The position numbers and the translations under genes were made by a program. Under the pieces are notes generated by a model. It was not told the origin of the DNA and did not search any database. It saw only the letters and a program-made list of their open reading frames with translations. Below, one piece after another: positions 39,181-51,435 of a stretch of 64,000 nt of DNA. Location: contig NC_087444.1 in assembly GCF_036321535.1 (NCBI RefSeq), positions 71,796,001 to 71,860,000 of the forward strand, read 5' to 3'. Origin of the DNA: Camelus dromedarius (Eukaryota). The stretch's first letter is position 1; every line of letters starts with the position of its first letter.

Positions 39181-40504
39181 AGGATACAGTCATAAATAAG
39201 AGCGAAAATTCCCTGCCTTTGCTGGTGAATTACATGGGGGTGTGACAAAGGATGTGCTTATTTAGATCAGGTAATCAGGAATGGCCTCTCTGGGGAGGTT
39301 GCCTTTAAGCTAAGCACTAAATGGCAAAGAAGCAACCAACCATGCAAAAATCCGGGCAACAGAACATTCAGGTGGAGGGAATGGTAAAGGCCCTAAGGCA
39401 GAAGTAAACTTGGCAGTTTAGAGAAACAGAATAGGACCCAAGTGGCTGGAGCTGACCTATTCCCCACAGAACCAGAGGGCAGAGCTGGGATTAGTGGGTG
39501 AAAATTACAGAGACTATGAAGAAAGAACTCGGCTGAAACCAGAACCATCTAGCAAGGAAAAGGGGCAACCTTGGGAGCGAGTTCCTGGTTCCCAAAGGCC
39601 GCTGTGAGAAGAGCCCAGGTCACACTTATTCAAGACTGCTGCACAGAAGAGGCCAAGATTTTGCGATTCCTAGTCCCCCCTTGTTCTCCCTCCAGATTTT
39701 TTCCCTGGAACTTCTGTGTTTTCACAGAAGGCTCTGTTAGTGCTTTGCAAAACCCAGAGTAAACCCCCAGGGACTAGTTGATAAGAAACCCTTTTTCTCA
39801 GATATGGTCAAATATCACCTTGAACTTAAATAGACCTGGACCCTTTTTGTTCTTGGCTTTCTTGTTGTTTCTTGCTGGAGCTTCTAGGGGTCCTCTAAAC
39901 AGCAGGAAAGTGGTAGGCCAAAAATAAGTATCTGGGCTAGACAGGATGCTAGAGTTCAACCTACCCAGTTTTACTCCAAGGGTAGAACTCCAACACCCCG
40001 GCCCCTCAAAGTTATGGTTTCTACCAAAGGGGAACTAGAGTCCAATTGGTGATTTTTTTTTCTTTCATTCTTTCATTCAATTGACTGATATGTGTAGTCT
40101 CCTGTATCCATAGTGGTTTTGAGAGGGTGCTTTGATGATGTCATCCCCTGCAGAAAGCCCTTTAATTCCTCCCATTGGTCTTCGGATAAAGGCTAAACTC
40201 CTTCATATGGTGAGCCTATAAGACCCTGCCTCATCTGGCCCCTACCTCCTCCTCCAGCCTCATCTCACCCCACAGGACTCCTCGCTTTCTGTGCTTCAGA
40301 CACTTCAGCTTTATTTCCTTTAAATTCCCCACACTCGCTCTATCTGAAAGGTTCCCTTTCCCTCGTCACCTATACATCTCCACTCATCCTTCAAGCACAG
40401 CTTCTGGCCTGTTTTCCTTCCTCAGGAAAAACCTCAGAGGTTAGATCAAAGCCACCGATCACAATCTTCCATAACACCAAGTAACACCTCTCCTTTGTCC
40501 CCTT

Positions 40505-40855
40505 GAGGGCCAACTTCATGGGTGTGGGACTCAGGCAGTCATAGGGCCCTGAGCTTAGAAGCGCCCAATGCTTGGTTTAATGCTCTGCTTTCACCATCTT
40601 GAAATTCTTTTTCCGTGGGGGGGGGAGGTGTAGGTAAGGTTTAGTTTTGCTTATTTATTAATTTTTAGAGGAGGTACTCGGGATTGAACCCAGGACCTCA
40701 TGCATGCTAGGCATGTACTCTGCCACTGAGCTATAACCTCTCTTTGAAATTTTTAATTTTTGAACAAGGAACCCCACATTTTCTCTTTTTTTTGGAACCC
40801 CACATTTTCTTTTGCGATGCCCCCCACCCCCAGCAAATTTCGTAGCTGGTTCTGT
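40505..40855. mobile_element. MER45A-like MITE interrupted by a SINE
   Basis: gggccaacttcatgggtgtg...gcttggtttaatgctctgct...tttgaacaagg...caaatttcgtagctgg. Confidence 0.6.
40608..40742 (-). mobile_element. tRNA-derived SINE (camelid Vic-1-like)
   Basis: Reverse A/B boxes; flanked by tgaaatt on both sides. Confidence 0.85.
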
Positions 40856-41559
40856 TCCTAGCTGCCATTTTATATTTGTTTGTGGGACAATTTGGTTAAT
40901 GACTTTAGCCCTGATTATACTGGCTCTAGAAGGGGCTGTGTTTCTTTTATAGACTTTGTCCCTGTCACCTGTCGCAGTTCCTGGCACAGAATAGGTGCTC
41001 AATAAGTAACTGCTGAATGAATGAGTGAGGAGGATTCTTTCAGGACTTCAGAGTTTGGTTAGGGAGATCAGTGTGTCTCCCACACTGCTCCCCCATCACC
41101 TCGAGGGCAGTGACACTGATTCCTCTCCCTCTCCATGGTGTCCAGCACAGAGCCTGGCAAAAAGGAGGTATCAGTTCATGGGTGTGAGTAGGAATGATAC
41201 ATGCACCTGTAATCAAGGGAGTGTTTCTGGCACGGCTGTGCTGCAGATGACACGAAGTGTTGTGGACAGACTCGGGGAGGAAGACGGGGAGGTCGGGGGA
41301 GGCTTCCTGGGGCAGGTGGCAATTGAATCAGACCCTGAAGGAAGGTGAGCTAAGGATTGGTGGAGATGAGGTATTTGGGCCTTCCCAGAGGAGTAGCAGG
41401 AGTCGTGGCAGTGGTGTGTGATTTGGGAGAGAGACTCCAATGTCTTGGTGTCTCCATCCGTCAGGAGAGAGGAGTAGAGGTGTGTGTAAATGAGTATATT
41501 ATGAATTATGAATGCAGTGATTCGATCCTGAAAGTTCTCCATCTGCTCAGGAGTCAACC

Positions 41560-42470
41560 TCTTTCATGCCCTTATTTATTTATTCATTTAGCAAATAGGC
41601 AATGAGTTCTCACAGTATGCCAGTCCCTGTTCTGGGTGCTAGCGATCCAGTGGTGCCCCCTAACTCAGCTCTCACTCCAGTACAGGGATCAGAGGAATTC
41701 CTGAGCACAGGAGCAGGGGGACCCTAGCAGAGGTCCCTCACTTACCCTGTGGAGGGAGTTAGGGTCAGCTGATGGGAGAGAACCAAAGGAAGTAAGAAAT
41801 GAGACCAGAATGGTCAGCCAGGCCAGACACTAGGGGATTATAAGCCATGTTAGGGGTTTTAACCTTGATCCTTAATAATGGATGGCATTGGGAGGTTTTT
41901 TTTTTAATTAAAATTTTGTTGCTGTCAGGGGAAAGTAATTAGTTTCACTTATTTATTTATTTATTTTTAGAGGAGGTACTAGGGATTGAACCCATAACTT
42001 CACGCATGCTAAGCACACGCTCTACCACTTGAGCTATACCCTCCCCCAGCATTGGGAGGTTTGAAGCACTTAATGGGCAACTCATGTGTTTAGTTCTCTT
42101 GACAACCCTCTGGGCCTGAATGAATATCCTCATTCCCATTGCACGGATGAGAAAACCATGGTCAGGTCTGTGTTTCAGAAAGATCACCCTGACTCTAGTG
42201 GAGAATGTGGACTGGAGGCGGCCAGATGGGAGGCTGGGAGAACTATGAGGATGTCAGCACATGAGCTATGGCAGAGGCAGGGGATGGAGAAAAGGAAAGG
42301 GAGGAGGAGTGAGCAAGATTGAGTGACTGACTGGGCCAGGGGCTGAGGGAGAGGATGCCCAGGATTCTGTCTCAGGTACCTGGAGTGCAGGGTGGAGCTT
42401 CTCTGAGGTGGGGAACACCAAGACAGGTGGTCTGGGGGCTCAGATACCAGATTCCACTTTGGATGTCTTA
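41560..42470. mobile_element. L2 LINE fragments (interrupted by SINE and MIR) running up to the MEIOSIN bHLH exon
   Basis: atttattcatttagcaaatagg L2 tail; purine-rich L2 body to ...ttccactttggatgtc. Confidence 0.45.
41899..42048 (-). mobile_element. tRNA-derived SINE (camelid Vic-1-like) with a perfect 14-bp TSD
   Basis: gcattgggaggttt at 41885-41898 and 42049-42062. Confidence 0.9.
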
Positions 42471-42589
42471 ACCAAAACCAGCTCTTGTCTCAAAACAGAA
42501 GGCAGAGGAAAAATCACACCAGCAAACTGCAAGAGCTGGCATTGTTGCTACCCGTGGCCCTGAGGACAGGTACCAAGAAACTCACCAAG
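42451..42589 (+). CDS. MEIOSIN: MEIOSIN bHLH basic/helix 1 exon (...NRRQRKNHTSKLQELALLLPVALRTGTKKLTK)
   Basis: Donor AAG|gtaaga is firm; acceptor ccag|A at 42451 is the nearby AG that keeps phase 2 with the first coding exon (5' edge less certain). Confidence 0.85.
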
Positions 42590-43587
42590 GTAAGAGGGCT
42601 GAAGGAGAGGAGGGGGAGCTTGGAGGCAGATCTGAAAATATCAGTAATCGAGTTGACCTCCCTTGTCTTGGGAAACCTAGACAGACCCACCCAGTGACAG
42701 CATTGATGTGGGAATGGTCCTGCTCCGAGTGGGAATTTCCAGGAGCCTGTGATTCCGTGACTACAAGCTTGGGGGATTCTTTCTCGCAAAGGAGGCAGGA
42801 GGAATTGGGAGGGAAAAAACTGGCAAGATGCTGGGGAAAGGTCTTCATTCTGAGAGTCAGACAGCTGTGGATCTGAGTCCTCCAGCTCCACACCTGGAGA
42901 ACTCCAGGCAGCTCACTCAGGTTATCAGCCTCACAGGCCTCAGGTTTCTCAGCTATAAAACAAGGGAAGATAACTCCTCCTACACAGAGATACCGTGAGG
43001 CCAAAATGACGTGATAGTTATGACAGGGCCTGAATAAATGCCGGTTCCCTGTCCGAGTGTCTTCTTTTGTGACCCTGTGGGGACCATCTCCATGAGGTAG
43101 GAATAGATAAAGCTTCTCTGGATGTCCCCAGTGGCTACTCAATAAAGGTTTATAGAGCTGAGCTAACACTTGCTCCCAGGAGGAACAACTTAATATGAGA
43201 CTCAGAGATCGTGAAAGTCTGGTGTGATGTTTTCTTGCTCTCGTTTCTCTCATTCAGTCCCTCATCCATTCACTCAGCGGCCGTGTATGGAAAGACTGTT
43301 GGATGTCAGAAGCTGCTATGCTTCCAACAAGGGGTTGGGGGAGAAATTTGAGACCCAGCCCTCCTCCTCTGGGAACTCAGAATCTGGTCAAGAAGATAAA
43401 GATCTGAATGCAGGAATAACTGATCCCAGCTAGAATGTGCTATTTGCTTTCAGAGAGGTTCAGAGCAGTGGAGGTTTGGAAGAGATTTGCCTGACCCTCT
43501 CCTTAGCCTTCTCCCTGCCTACCCTGGCCCATCCATCACCAGGTCCCGTTGATTCTCTCTGCTAAATCTCTCTCAGTTGTAGGTGCT

Positions 43588-43860
43588 TGTGTTAGTTTCC
43601 TGTTGCTACTGTAACAAATTACTACACACTTAGTGGCTTAAAACAACACAGATTAATTCTCTCAGAGTGCTGGAGATCAGAACTCCAAAATCAGTCCCAT
43701 TGGACTGAAGTCAGAGAATCAGCAGGTTTGGTTCCTCTTGGAGGCTCCAAGGGAGCAGCCACTTCCTCTCCCTTTGCCAACAGAAGAAGCTGCCTGTGGT
43801 CCTCGGCCCATGACCCCTTCAAAGCCTGCAGTGTAGCATCTTCTGATCACTCCTCTACCT
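43588..43860. mobile_element. MLT1-type LTR fragment
   Basis: tgtgttagtttcctgttgctactgtaacaaattac...ggcttaaaacaaca MLT1 terminus. Confidence 0.7.
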
Positions 43861-44792
43861 CTGCTTCCACTTCAGAGGCCTTTCTGGACACCCAGAAAGT
43901 CTAAATTCAGAATCCCCTGTGTTCTACTCTTTTATTCATAATGCTTATCAAAAGGTCAATAATTCCATATAAATTATGAGTTTATTAAGGTCTGTCTCCC
44001 TCCCTGATTATAAATTCCATGAAGGCAAATGGAAGTATGTCTAGTTCACCCCTCCATGTGGCCCTTAGTGGGTAGTACCTTTTTAGCTTGGTATCTCCAA
44101 TACCAACTCAGTCAGTGTTTGGTGGCTGGAAGGGGGCTGCCTGCTGGTGCTGTGGGAGTCATTCCTTCAGCAATTCTTGATTCTGTGTGCTTGGGATCCA
44201 GAAATCAACTAGCTACAGTCTCTACCCTCAACTAGTTCAAGGTCAATGGGGGAGAATGCCACGTAAACAGATAATTATAAAACAGTGTAGCAAGTGCCTG
44301 GGTGGAAACAGGCCCGGGTGTTACAAGAGTGCTGAGGAGGGATATCTGACCCAGCCTGGGGAAGAGGGGGGCAGGAGAAGCTTCTGGAAGAGGAAAGCAC
44401 TGTGCTGAGGCTGAAAGGAGGAGAAGTCAGACAGGGAGTCTGTGGGGAGAAGAAGAGGGCTTTGCATATAGAGAATTCACCATATGCCAAGGACCAGGGG
44501 TGGGAAGTCAAACATTGTGTGTGCAACAACCAGACCAGGAGGCAGGCAGGCCTGGGTTCAGATCCCAACTCTGCTGCTTCCTCTCTGTAATCCTACCACA
44601 TTCCTTAAGTACCCTGAGCTTCAATTTCCTTAGCTGGAACCACCATGTTCCTGGGCCCCACTGAGGACTAAACAGCAGAACAGAAACATTTCTGCCAGTG
44701 AGGGGATTTCTGGGCTGGGGCACAGGGTCCTGGAGCCCACCCATTTTGAGCCCCTGCTCTTGGGCTCAAACCTGTCTGTCTTCCGGGGACAG

Positions 44793-44904
44793 AAGGAGAT
44801 TCTGCTGCACGTCCTGCACTACATTCAGTACCTCCAGAGAAGCATCGATGTGGCCAAGGCCTTGCTCAAATTCCACACCACCAATGGGGAAGGTGGACTT
44901 GGGG
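44793..44904 (+). CDS. MEIOSIN: MEIOSIN bHLH helix 2 exon ([22 protein letters not shown]...GGLG)
   Basis: cag|AAG ... G|gtgagt; 112 nt. Confidence 0.92.
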
Positions 44905-46125
44905 GTGAGTAAGTTCAGCCAGCATTTCCCAGGGCCTGCTGTGTGCCAAGGATGGTCCCGGCTGTCAGGGACACTGAGTGACTTAGCCGGGTCCAGGCCC
45001 TCCGGGAAATCACAGCCCAGGGCATGGGACAAAGCCAGAGGGATGTGCAGGGTGCTGTGACTTTGGAGGAGGGTGTCTGGGAAGACTGTGGTGGGAGGGG
45101 CCCTGGAGCGGGGCTTTTGAGGACAGGGAAGAGGAAACTGTGCCAGGCAGAAGAAACAGTGTGAGCAAGAGCCTGTAGGCTTGAGAGGACACGTGTGGAG
45201 TATCTGGGGGCGGGCTAGAAGCTGGGTATGACCACAGGAGCTCTGTAGCACCCAGGTGACAGGTGCAGACTCTTGAGCCAGATCCTGAATCAGGCACACT
45301 TCCTGTGACCTAAACCTCTCTGTGCCTCTGTTCCCTCAGCTGCAAAATAGACTAATACTTGTACTTCCTTTCTGGGTTTGTTGTGAGGATGAGATGAGTT
45401 AATACACATCAAGAGTGTAACACAGCGCCTGGGACATGCCAGTCGTCTAATGCTTGTGTGCCAGCTGCTGTTGTCATTGGTATGATAAGCACAGGGCAAG
45501 ACGGGCCAGAGATGTGGCAGGGATGAGATTCTGAAGGGCTTTTGAGTGCCCAGCTAAGGAAGGAGAAGAAGATAAGAATTACTGAAGGACTTGAAGCCAG
45601 AGGAAAGCCACATTCAGTTGGGGAGTTCAGTGAATATGCTTTTAGGAAAGATCTGGACAGCAGAAGACAAGGCTAGTCTAACACTGTAGCTGAGAATATG
45701 GACAGAAGTGGTTAAACTTGGGAGATGTTAATGAGGAAGAATTGAGAGGCCTGAGGGAGAGGCCCTGGGCCTCCCAAGGAGACACCCCACTGTCTTGAGG
45801 AAGGTAGGAGGAAGAATTGGTTTGGGAGAGGAAGACAGGGATGCATTTGAGAAGGGCTGAGTCTGTCTTCCTTCTCATTCAGCCGAGGCCTGTAATGGAT
45901 CTGGGGAAATCTGAGTTTTCGCCCTGTACTTCTGCTGCCTGGGTATGCAACCTCAGACAAGTCCCATCTCCTCCTGGGACCTCAGTTTCAACATTTGTAA
46001 AGTCAGTCTGGGGACTGTGGCAGACCCCCGGCCCCCAACTCCAATGGGAAGCATTGTCTGGAGGCAGGATTTGGGTCGGAGGAGGGTGAAGGCATCTGAC
46101 CTGTCTCCCGCTCTGTCTTGTGCAG

Positions 46126-46260
46126 GGCTGGGCCGGAAGCCCGCCGCAGGCCCAGCAGGGCGGAGACACTCCACCCCATCTAGCTCTCCACGCTCTTATA
46201 AGTCCCATCTTCAGGGAGCCTGCCGGAAACCTCGGAAGAAGAAGGCAGCCCGAGTGTCAG
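46126..46260 (+). CDS. MEIOSIN: MEIOSIN exon (GLGRKPAAGPAGRRHSTPSSSP...KPRKKKAARVS)
   Basis: cag|GG ... G|gtacaa; 135 nt; phase 1 to 1. Confidence 0.9.
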
Positions 46261-47122
46261 GTACAAGCTGTCAGTGGAGGCAGGACAGGAAGCAGGGGTC
46301 AGACAGGAGGGAGGCCCAGTAGGCAATCCTGACTGAGCCCTTCATGAGAGTTTAGATTCAGATGTGCCTGGGTTCGACTCCTGCCTCGTCCTCTTCCTAG
46401 CTCTGAGGCCTGGGGTGGTCCCTCTCCTTCTCTGAGTCTCAGCTTCCTGGTCTGGAAATTAGAGTATTTTTGAACTGCCACAGGGTGGTCTTCAGGACTG
46501 GGAGCCCATGTACGCACCCCTCAAGCAATGCTTAAAGGAGGGGCACATGGCAAGAGCCCAGCAAATGGAAGCTGCTGTCAGCATTTATCGTCTTTCTGCC
46601 CAGTTATCCATCGCTGGGCCAGGGCTCGGGGAGTGTGGGGCAGTGGAAGGACCTCAGTATGGGAGGCAAGTGTCGCAGGTCCCACCTCAGCCTCACTACC
46701 AACTCACCCCATGTCCCTTCCCCTTCGCGGGACTCTGTTTCCATGCCTTTAAAATGGGAGTTGGACCTAATCAATGATTTCCAGCCCTGGCTGCACATCT
46801 GAATCATTGGGGTACTTTCCAAAATGCCTGTGCCTAGGCTTCACACCTGAAAGTCAGGCTTCAGTGATCTGGGTGGAGCCTGGGCAGCGGGATATTTTCA
46901 GAGCCTGCAAAGTGATTCTAACGTGCGGACAGGGGAAGGGGGTGTCTGACTAGGTGATCTCTAACAGATCCTGGGCTTGCCCAGGAAGGGCTGCGGAGTG
47001 ACCAGACCAGGCAAAGCTTTGAAATGGCTTGTCGGGCCCACCGCAAAGGAGACCCCCACCTGAACCACCTTCTGGTAACAGTCAGGTCCCACCCCTGTCT
47101 GACGCTGTCTCTGCTCTCCCAG

Positions 47123-47368
47123 AAGGCCAGACCCAGGCCCAGAACCCTCGTCGCTGTCTGGCCTTGGACAAGCCTGAGAAGGAGGTGACCCCATCCCCAG
47201 ACCAGAAAGAAAGAAACGTGGTGGGAACCACCACCCCTCCAAGATGCCCCGACTCCTACAGTCACCCCAAGGCTGCGTCATCCCCGTCTCAAGGTGACAG
47301 AAAGGGAGGATGATTCCAGTTGACATTGCTGGATATGGCTGAGAACAGCGTCCACTGTGACATCTCAA
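47123..47368 (+). CDS. MEIOSIN: MEIOSIN exon containing an in-frame TGA at 47311-47313 (alternative end at 47293)
   Basis: cccag|AA; EGQTQAQNPRRCLALDKPEK...GDRKGG*FQLTLLDMAENSVHCDIS; donor A|gttggt at 47368. Confidence 0.85.
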
Positions 47369-48329
47369 GTTGGTCTCTTTCCCCTCTGCTAACTTAGCCG
47401 GTGGTTTATACACGGCTTATCAGGCACTTGCGACATCTGGGTACAGTCCTAGTAGCCGCAGACTCTATGGGGGACAGAGAGACACTGTTCACAGCCTCTG
47501 TCTCAGTTTTCTTTTCCCTTCAGGCTCTGCGGTGGGTGTTAAGGGTGGGGTGGGGGGACAGGATCACAGAACTGGGAATAAGAGCAGGGCCTCCCTGGGA
47601 AACTTCCTTCCCTTGAAGCAGCCAGATAATCGCTCCTGTGGGTCCCCGTCCCTGCACCAGCTTGAAAAGGTGTGACACACCCAGCAGATCTGGGTAGGTG
47701 AGAACTGGAAGGCGAGGCCCCGGGTCATCCCATTCCTCTGTCCATTCATTAGCCCTCACTCGCTGGGCATCTCCTCTGTGCTAGGCCGCATGCCCCGTGC
47801 GGCTGACGGTCCAGTGAAGGAACCGCACACACTCGCTTCCTGGGGTCGCCCAGGAGGCTGTGGGAGCTCAGAGGAGGTACCTAACCCACCTGGTGAGGGA
47901 GGGTGTCCCAGGTCTTCTGCTGTGTGACCTTGGGCAAGTTACTCAATATACTTCAGTTTACTTAACTGAAAATGGGTATTATAATAACCATACCCTTTGG
48001 AAAAGGGTTACTGAATAGTGAGTAAAGTGATTAAAACCGAGCTGGTGTGGCAAGCACCACAGACTTGTTTACTATCATCACCTTCATCATCATTATTCCA
48101 CTTAAAGCTTTTATCTTCCTTATAGCTTCTGAAAGGGACAGGGATTCCAGAACCCTGGGGGTGATTCAGGGTACCCTTGAGCCTCACACAGAGACCCCAC
48201 AGCCTGAGGTTTTGGCTAGCATGGGGAAGGGAGAGGCCATGGCAGACCCTGGCGCTTCCCTGTCCCTGCCTCTGTGCATCCTGGGATTTGGTCCTGTCAC
48301 AGGAGTGATCATCCTGACTTGTCTCGTAG

Positions 48330-48438
48330 GCTGCTGGGGCAAAAACAGTGCCCAGGACGTGCAGCCTTACCCTGCCTTCAAGGGCCAGCAAGGGGTTGAG
48401 AGGACCCATTTTCTCAACAGGACACAGAATTGCCCCAG
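48330..48438 (+). CDS. MEIOSIN: MEIOSIN exon (CWGKNSAQD...THFLNRTQNCPR)
   Basis: tag|GC ... AG|gtaagg; 109 nt; phase 1 to 2. Confidence 0.85.
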
Positions 48439-48804
48439 GTAAGGGAAGCCCAAGGGCTGTGAGTTGGAGAATCGGAGGTGTCTGGCCAGGAATGGCTAAG
48501 GCTTAGAGAGCAATGCGATCAGTTTCTACTCTCTGCTGGTGTCTGTGGAGTGAGGACCTCCGTGGGCCCAGCTTTGGGCCAGCTATCATAAGCTTGAGGG
48601 AAAGCCTTGCTTCCTGTGTGCTGACCAGGGCCGCAGCCCCTCGCCAGCCTCTCTCACCCTTCCAGCCCGTCCCCACCAGTCACCTGAGGGGCTTTTCTAA
48701 CCCAGAGACCATGTCAGTTTTCGGCTTTAAGCTACTCCTTTCTGTTGGGTAGAGCCCAAATATCTTAATTGGCATTTGAGACTCTCTCTGGTCCCAGGTG
48801 ACCT

Positions 48805-48970
48805 TTTTTTTTTTTTCCATTTTTTAATTATTTTTTTGAGGGGGAGGTAGTTAGGGTTATTTATTTATTTTTGGAGGAGGTACCAGGGATTGAACCCAGG
48901 ACCTTGTGTATGCTAAGCATGCGCTCTACAACTTGAGCTGCACTCTACCACCTGAGCTACACCCTCCCCC
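48805..48970 (-). mobile_element. tRNA-derived SINE (camelid Vic-1-like) with an internal 19-bp duplication
   Basis: Reverse B box ggattgaaccc; A-box segment present twice. Confidence 0.85.
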
Positions 48971-49428
48971 TCCCAAATCTTACCCTTAACATCACCAAAT
49001 ATTTGCCACTCCCCATGGGAGCCAAGCCCTGGTCTCCTCTGGGCTTCTCACCTTTGTTCCCTCTTCTTGGAAGCCTGTTCTCCTCATCCACCTGGAAGAC
49101 CACCCATCCTCTAGGCCGAGCTCAGCACACTCCTCCCTCCTGCCCGCCTTTTCTGTCCTCCTCAACCCCCCATCACAGCTCTGCTCCCCAAGTCATCAGC
49201 TCTGGTTACAGCTGGCCTCTCCTAACAAGCCCTGAGGCTCTGGGTAGGTGCCTCCACTGACTGAGCTTTCCGCCCCCAGTGCTCCCGTCGCAGCCAGCAC
49301 AAAGAGATCCCTGTCCAACTCCACAGTGGGTGACACTGAGACACCCAAAGGGGAAGCAGCTCACCTTCGGGCCCAGCGCAGTTTCCAGCTCAGGGCTTCA
49401 GGTCTTTCTTGCATTTCACCTCTTGCAG

Positions 49429-49529
49429 GCAGACGCTGGTATTCTACGACTCCAGTGAGGAGGTGGACAAGGAGTCCGTAGATGCCGACCCTTGGCTTCC
49501 TGCCTGGATCCCGGAGAGCAGCCCCCATG
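49429..49529 (+). CDS. MEIOSIN: MEIOSIN exon (QTLVFYDSSEEVDKESVDADPWLPAWIPESSPH)
   Basis: cag|G ... G|gtgact; 101 nt. Confidence 0.88.
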
Positions 49530-49829
49530 GTGACTGACACTCTATCTCCCCTCCTTGTAGGCTAGTGTGGGGCCTTCTTGGTACCTTTCTTCTGGGGATT
49601 TCTGTGGAAGTGGGGAAGGTGGGAAAGGGAATGGACATCCACTAAGACCTGAGCCATTGGTTGCCGTGGCAGACGTTGCTAATCTTCTGTTGATCCCAGA
49701 CACTACCTCAGAATCTTTCTTAACATTGTCCTTTCTCCAGCATCCGGCACCATCTCCTCCAAGATGGCAGCTGTGCTGAGGGGGAGGGCAACCTCTGACA
49801 CACCCCCAACCCCGATACTTCCTTTTCAG

Positions 49830-49985
49830 GGAGCCCACTGGCCTTGGGGCCTCCACAGATGGAGACCTGGAGTGTGACAGGCCACCCGAGCGAGATCCTA
49901 GGGCTCAGCCCCTCCCTCTTCAGCTCGCCAGGGAAACTGCTGCCAGAACAGATCTTGGAGGACGGCACTGAGTACCTGACCCAAG
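49830..49985 (+). CDS. MEIOSIN: MEIOSIN exon ([10 protein letters not shown]...[30 protein letters not shown])
   Basis: cag|GG ... G|gtgagc; 156 nt. Confidence 0.9.
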
Positions 49986-50400
49986 GTGAGCACCCAGGGC
50001 TATACCTGATGCTTGGTTCATTCAGGAAAAAAAAAACCTATTCATGCCTGCCAAGTGTGCAGCCCTGTGCTTGGCAGGGCTGGACACCCAGGGGTGAATC
50101 CCACCCAGGATGAATCCTATCCCATCCCTCAAGGAGCCCAAAGCCTGGTAGGGAGCAGCCCCTGGCCAGTGAGATGCGTGGAAAGCTCCAGGAGCCCACA
50201 GCAGGAACCCACTTGCTCTGCCCAGGTTGGAGGCTTCCCAGGGGACCTGGCCTGTGAGCTGGATTTGGACTTGGGACAGGAGATCCCAAAGCTAAAAGCC
50301 AGAGATGGGCACTCTGGCTAGGGGGTGTGGCAGGACAGAGGCACAGTGCCCTGAGAGAGGTGTTTCTGGCCCAGTCACCCTTCTGGTCTCCCGCCAACAG

Positions 50401-50474
50401 CTCTCTTTGAAGAAGCATTCTTAAATCCTGAGTCTCCACCTTCTGCCTGCATGCTCGAGGTACCACAGGAGAAG
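50401..50474 (+). CDS. MEIOSIN: MEIOSIN exon (ALFEEAFLNPESPPSACMLEVPQEK)
   Basis: cag|CT ... AAG|gtaggt; 74 nt. Confidence 0.85.
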
Positions 50475-51435
50475 GTAGGTGTCTGTCCACCCATCTGTCC
50501 ACAGATCCATCCATCCTTTCCACCTGCTCGATTCACTCATCCATCCCCTTGACCTTTCAGCCACCTCCCCCAGCCATCACCTGTCCATCCATCATGCTTC
50601 CCCTCATCCTTCCAGGGACTCATCCACCATCTGTGCCTTCACCTGCCCATCCTTTGAACACTCCCTGCTGGCCACCAGGCGCCCTGCTCTGTGCTGGGCC
50701 CTTGGAATGAAGTAGACACAAAGGATAAAAGCTAAAAACTACCAGGTGCCCAGAAAAGACCCCACATAATTTTATGACTGCTCTATGAGGCAGGATCTCT
50801 TGTGACCCCACTTGAAAAATGACAAAACTGAAAACAGCAGGCAACCCCTGGGATCCTCAGTTGGAAAAAGCCTCCCTCCCAGGCCCCCAGGCTTACCTCC
50901 TGAGCCACTGTTGGCTCTCATAGCTCAATATCCTGTTGACAGAGGGGCAGCCACAGCTCTGGTCCCCAAATGATTCTCCTTCCAGTGTTGTGTAGGGGCG
51001 GCCTCCTGCTTCAATGAGTAGCTGAATTGGCAGTAGAAAAAAAACTCTTAGCAAAGCTCTAGTAAGTGCAGGCATTGCCCCAGGTGCCTCTCAGCCTTGC
51101 AGGGAGTGTGTAGTGACCACCACTCATGGATAAAATTGATGCTCAGAGGAGTTAAGACTTGTCCAGGGCGACAGGGCTACTTCCCAAGGTGGTAAACTGA
51201 TGGGATTAAGATACAGTACCCCAAAATAGAAGGCAGAAGACCCCTGTCCAGCTTCTCTCTGACCCCCGTGGGAACACTTGCTTGACCATCTGAGGGAGTG
51301 TCTGGATAAGACCGTTTTGAACCTGAGCTATTTGTGATAATCCTGTTATATCCTAGGAAAGCAGTGAGTGGAGGCCATGAAGAGACACCACCATCCCCCT
51401 CATATCTGCTCCTGTCTTTCTCCTTCACCCCCCAG

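Noticed and set aside
47029-47122. N-terminal part of the 94-aa ORF as a MEIOSIN coding region
   Set aside because: Intronic: an in-frame TGA precedes it at 47020-47022, and the pyrimidine tract plus phase point to the acceptor at 47123.
50490-50660. Degenerate (CCAT)n-like stretch
   Set aside because: Ordinary low-complexity intronic repeat.
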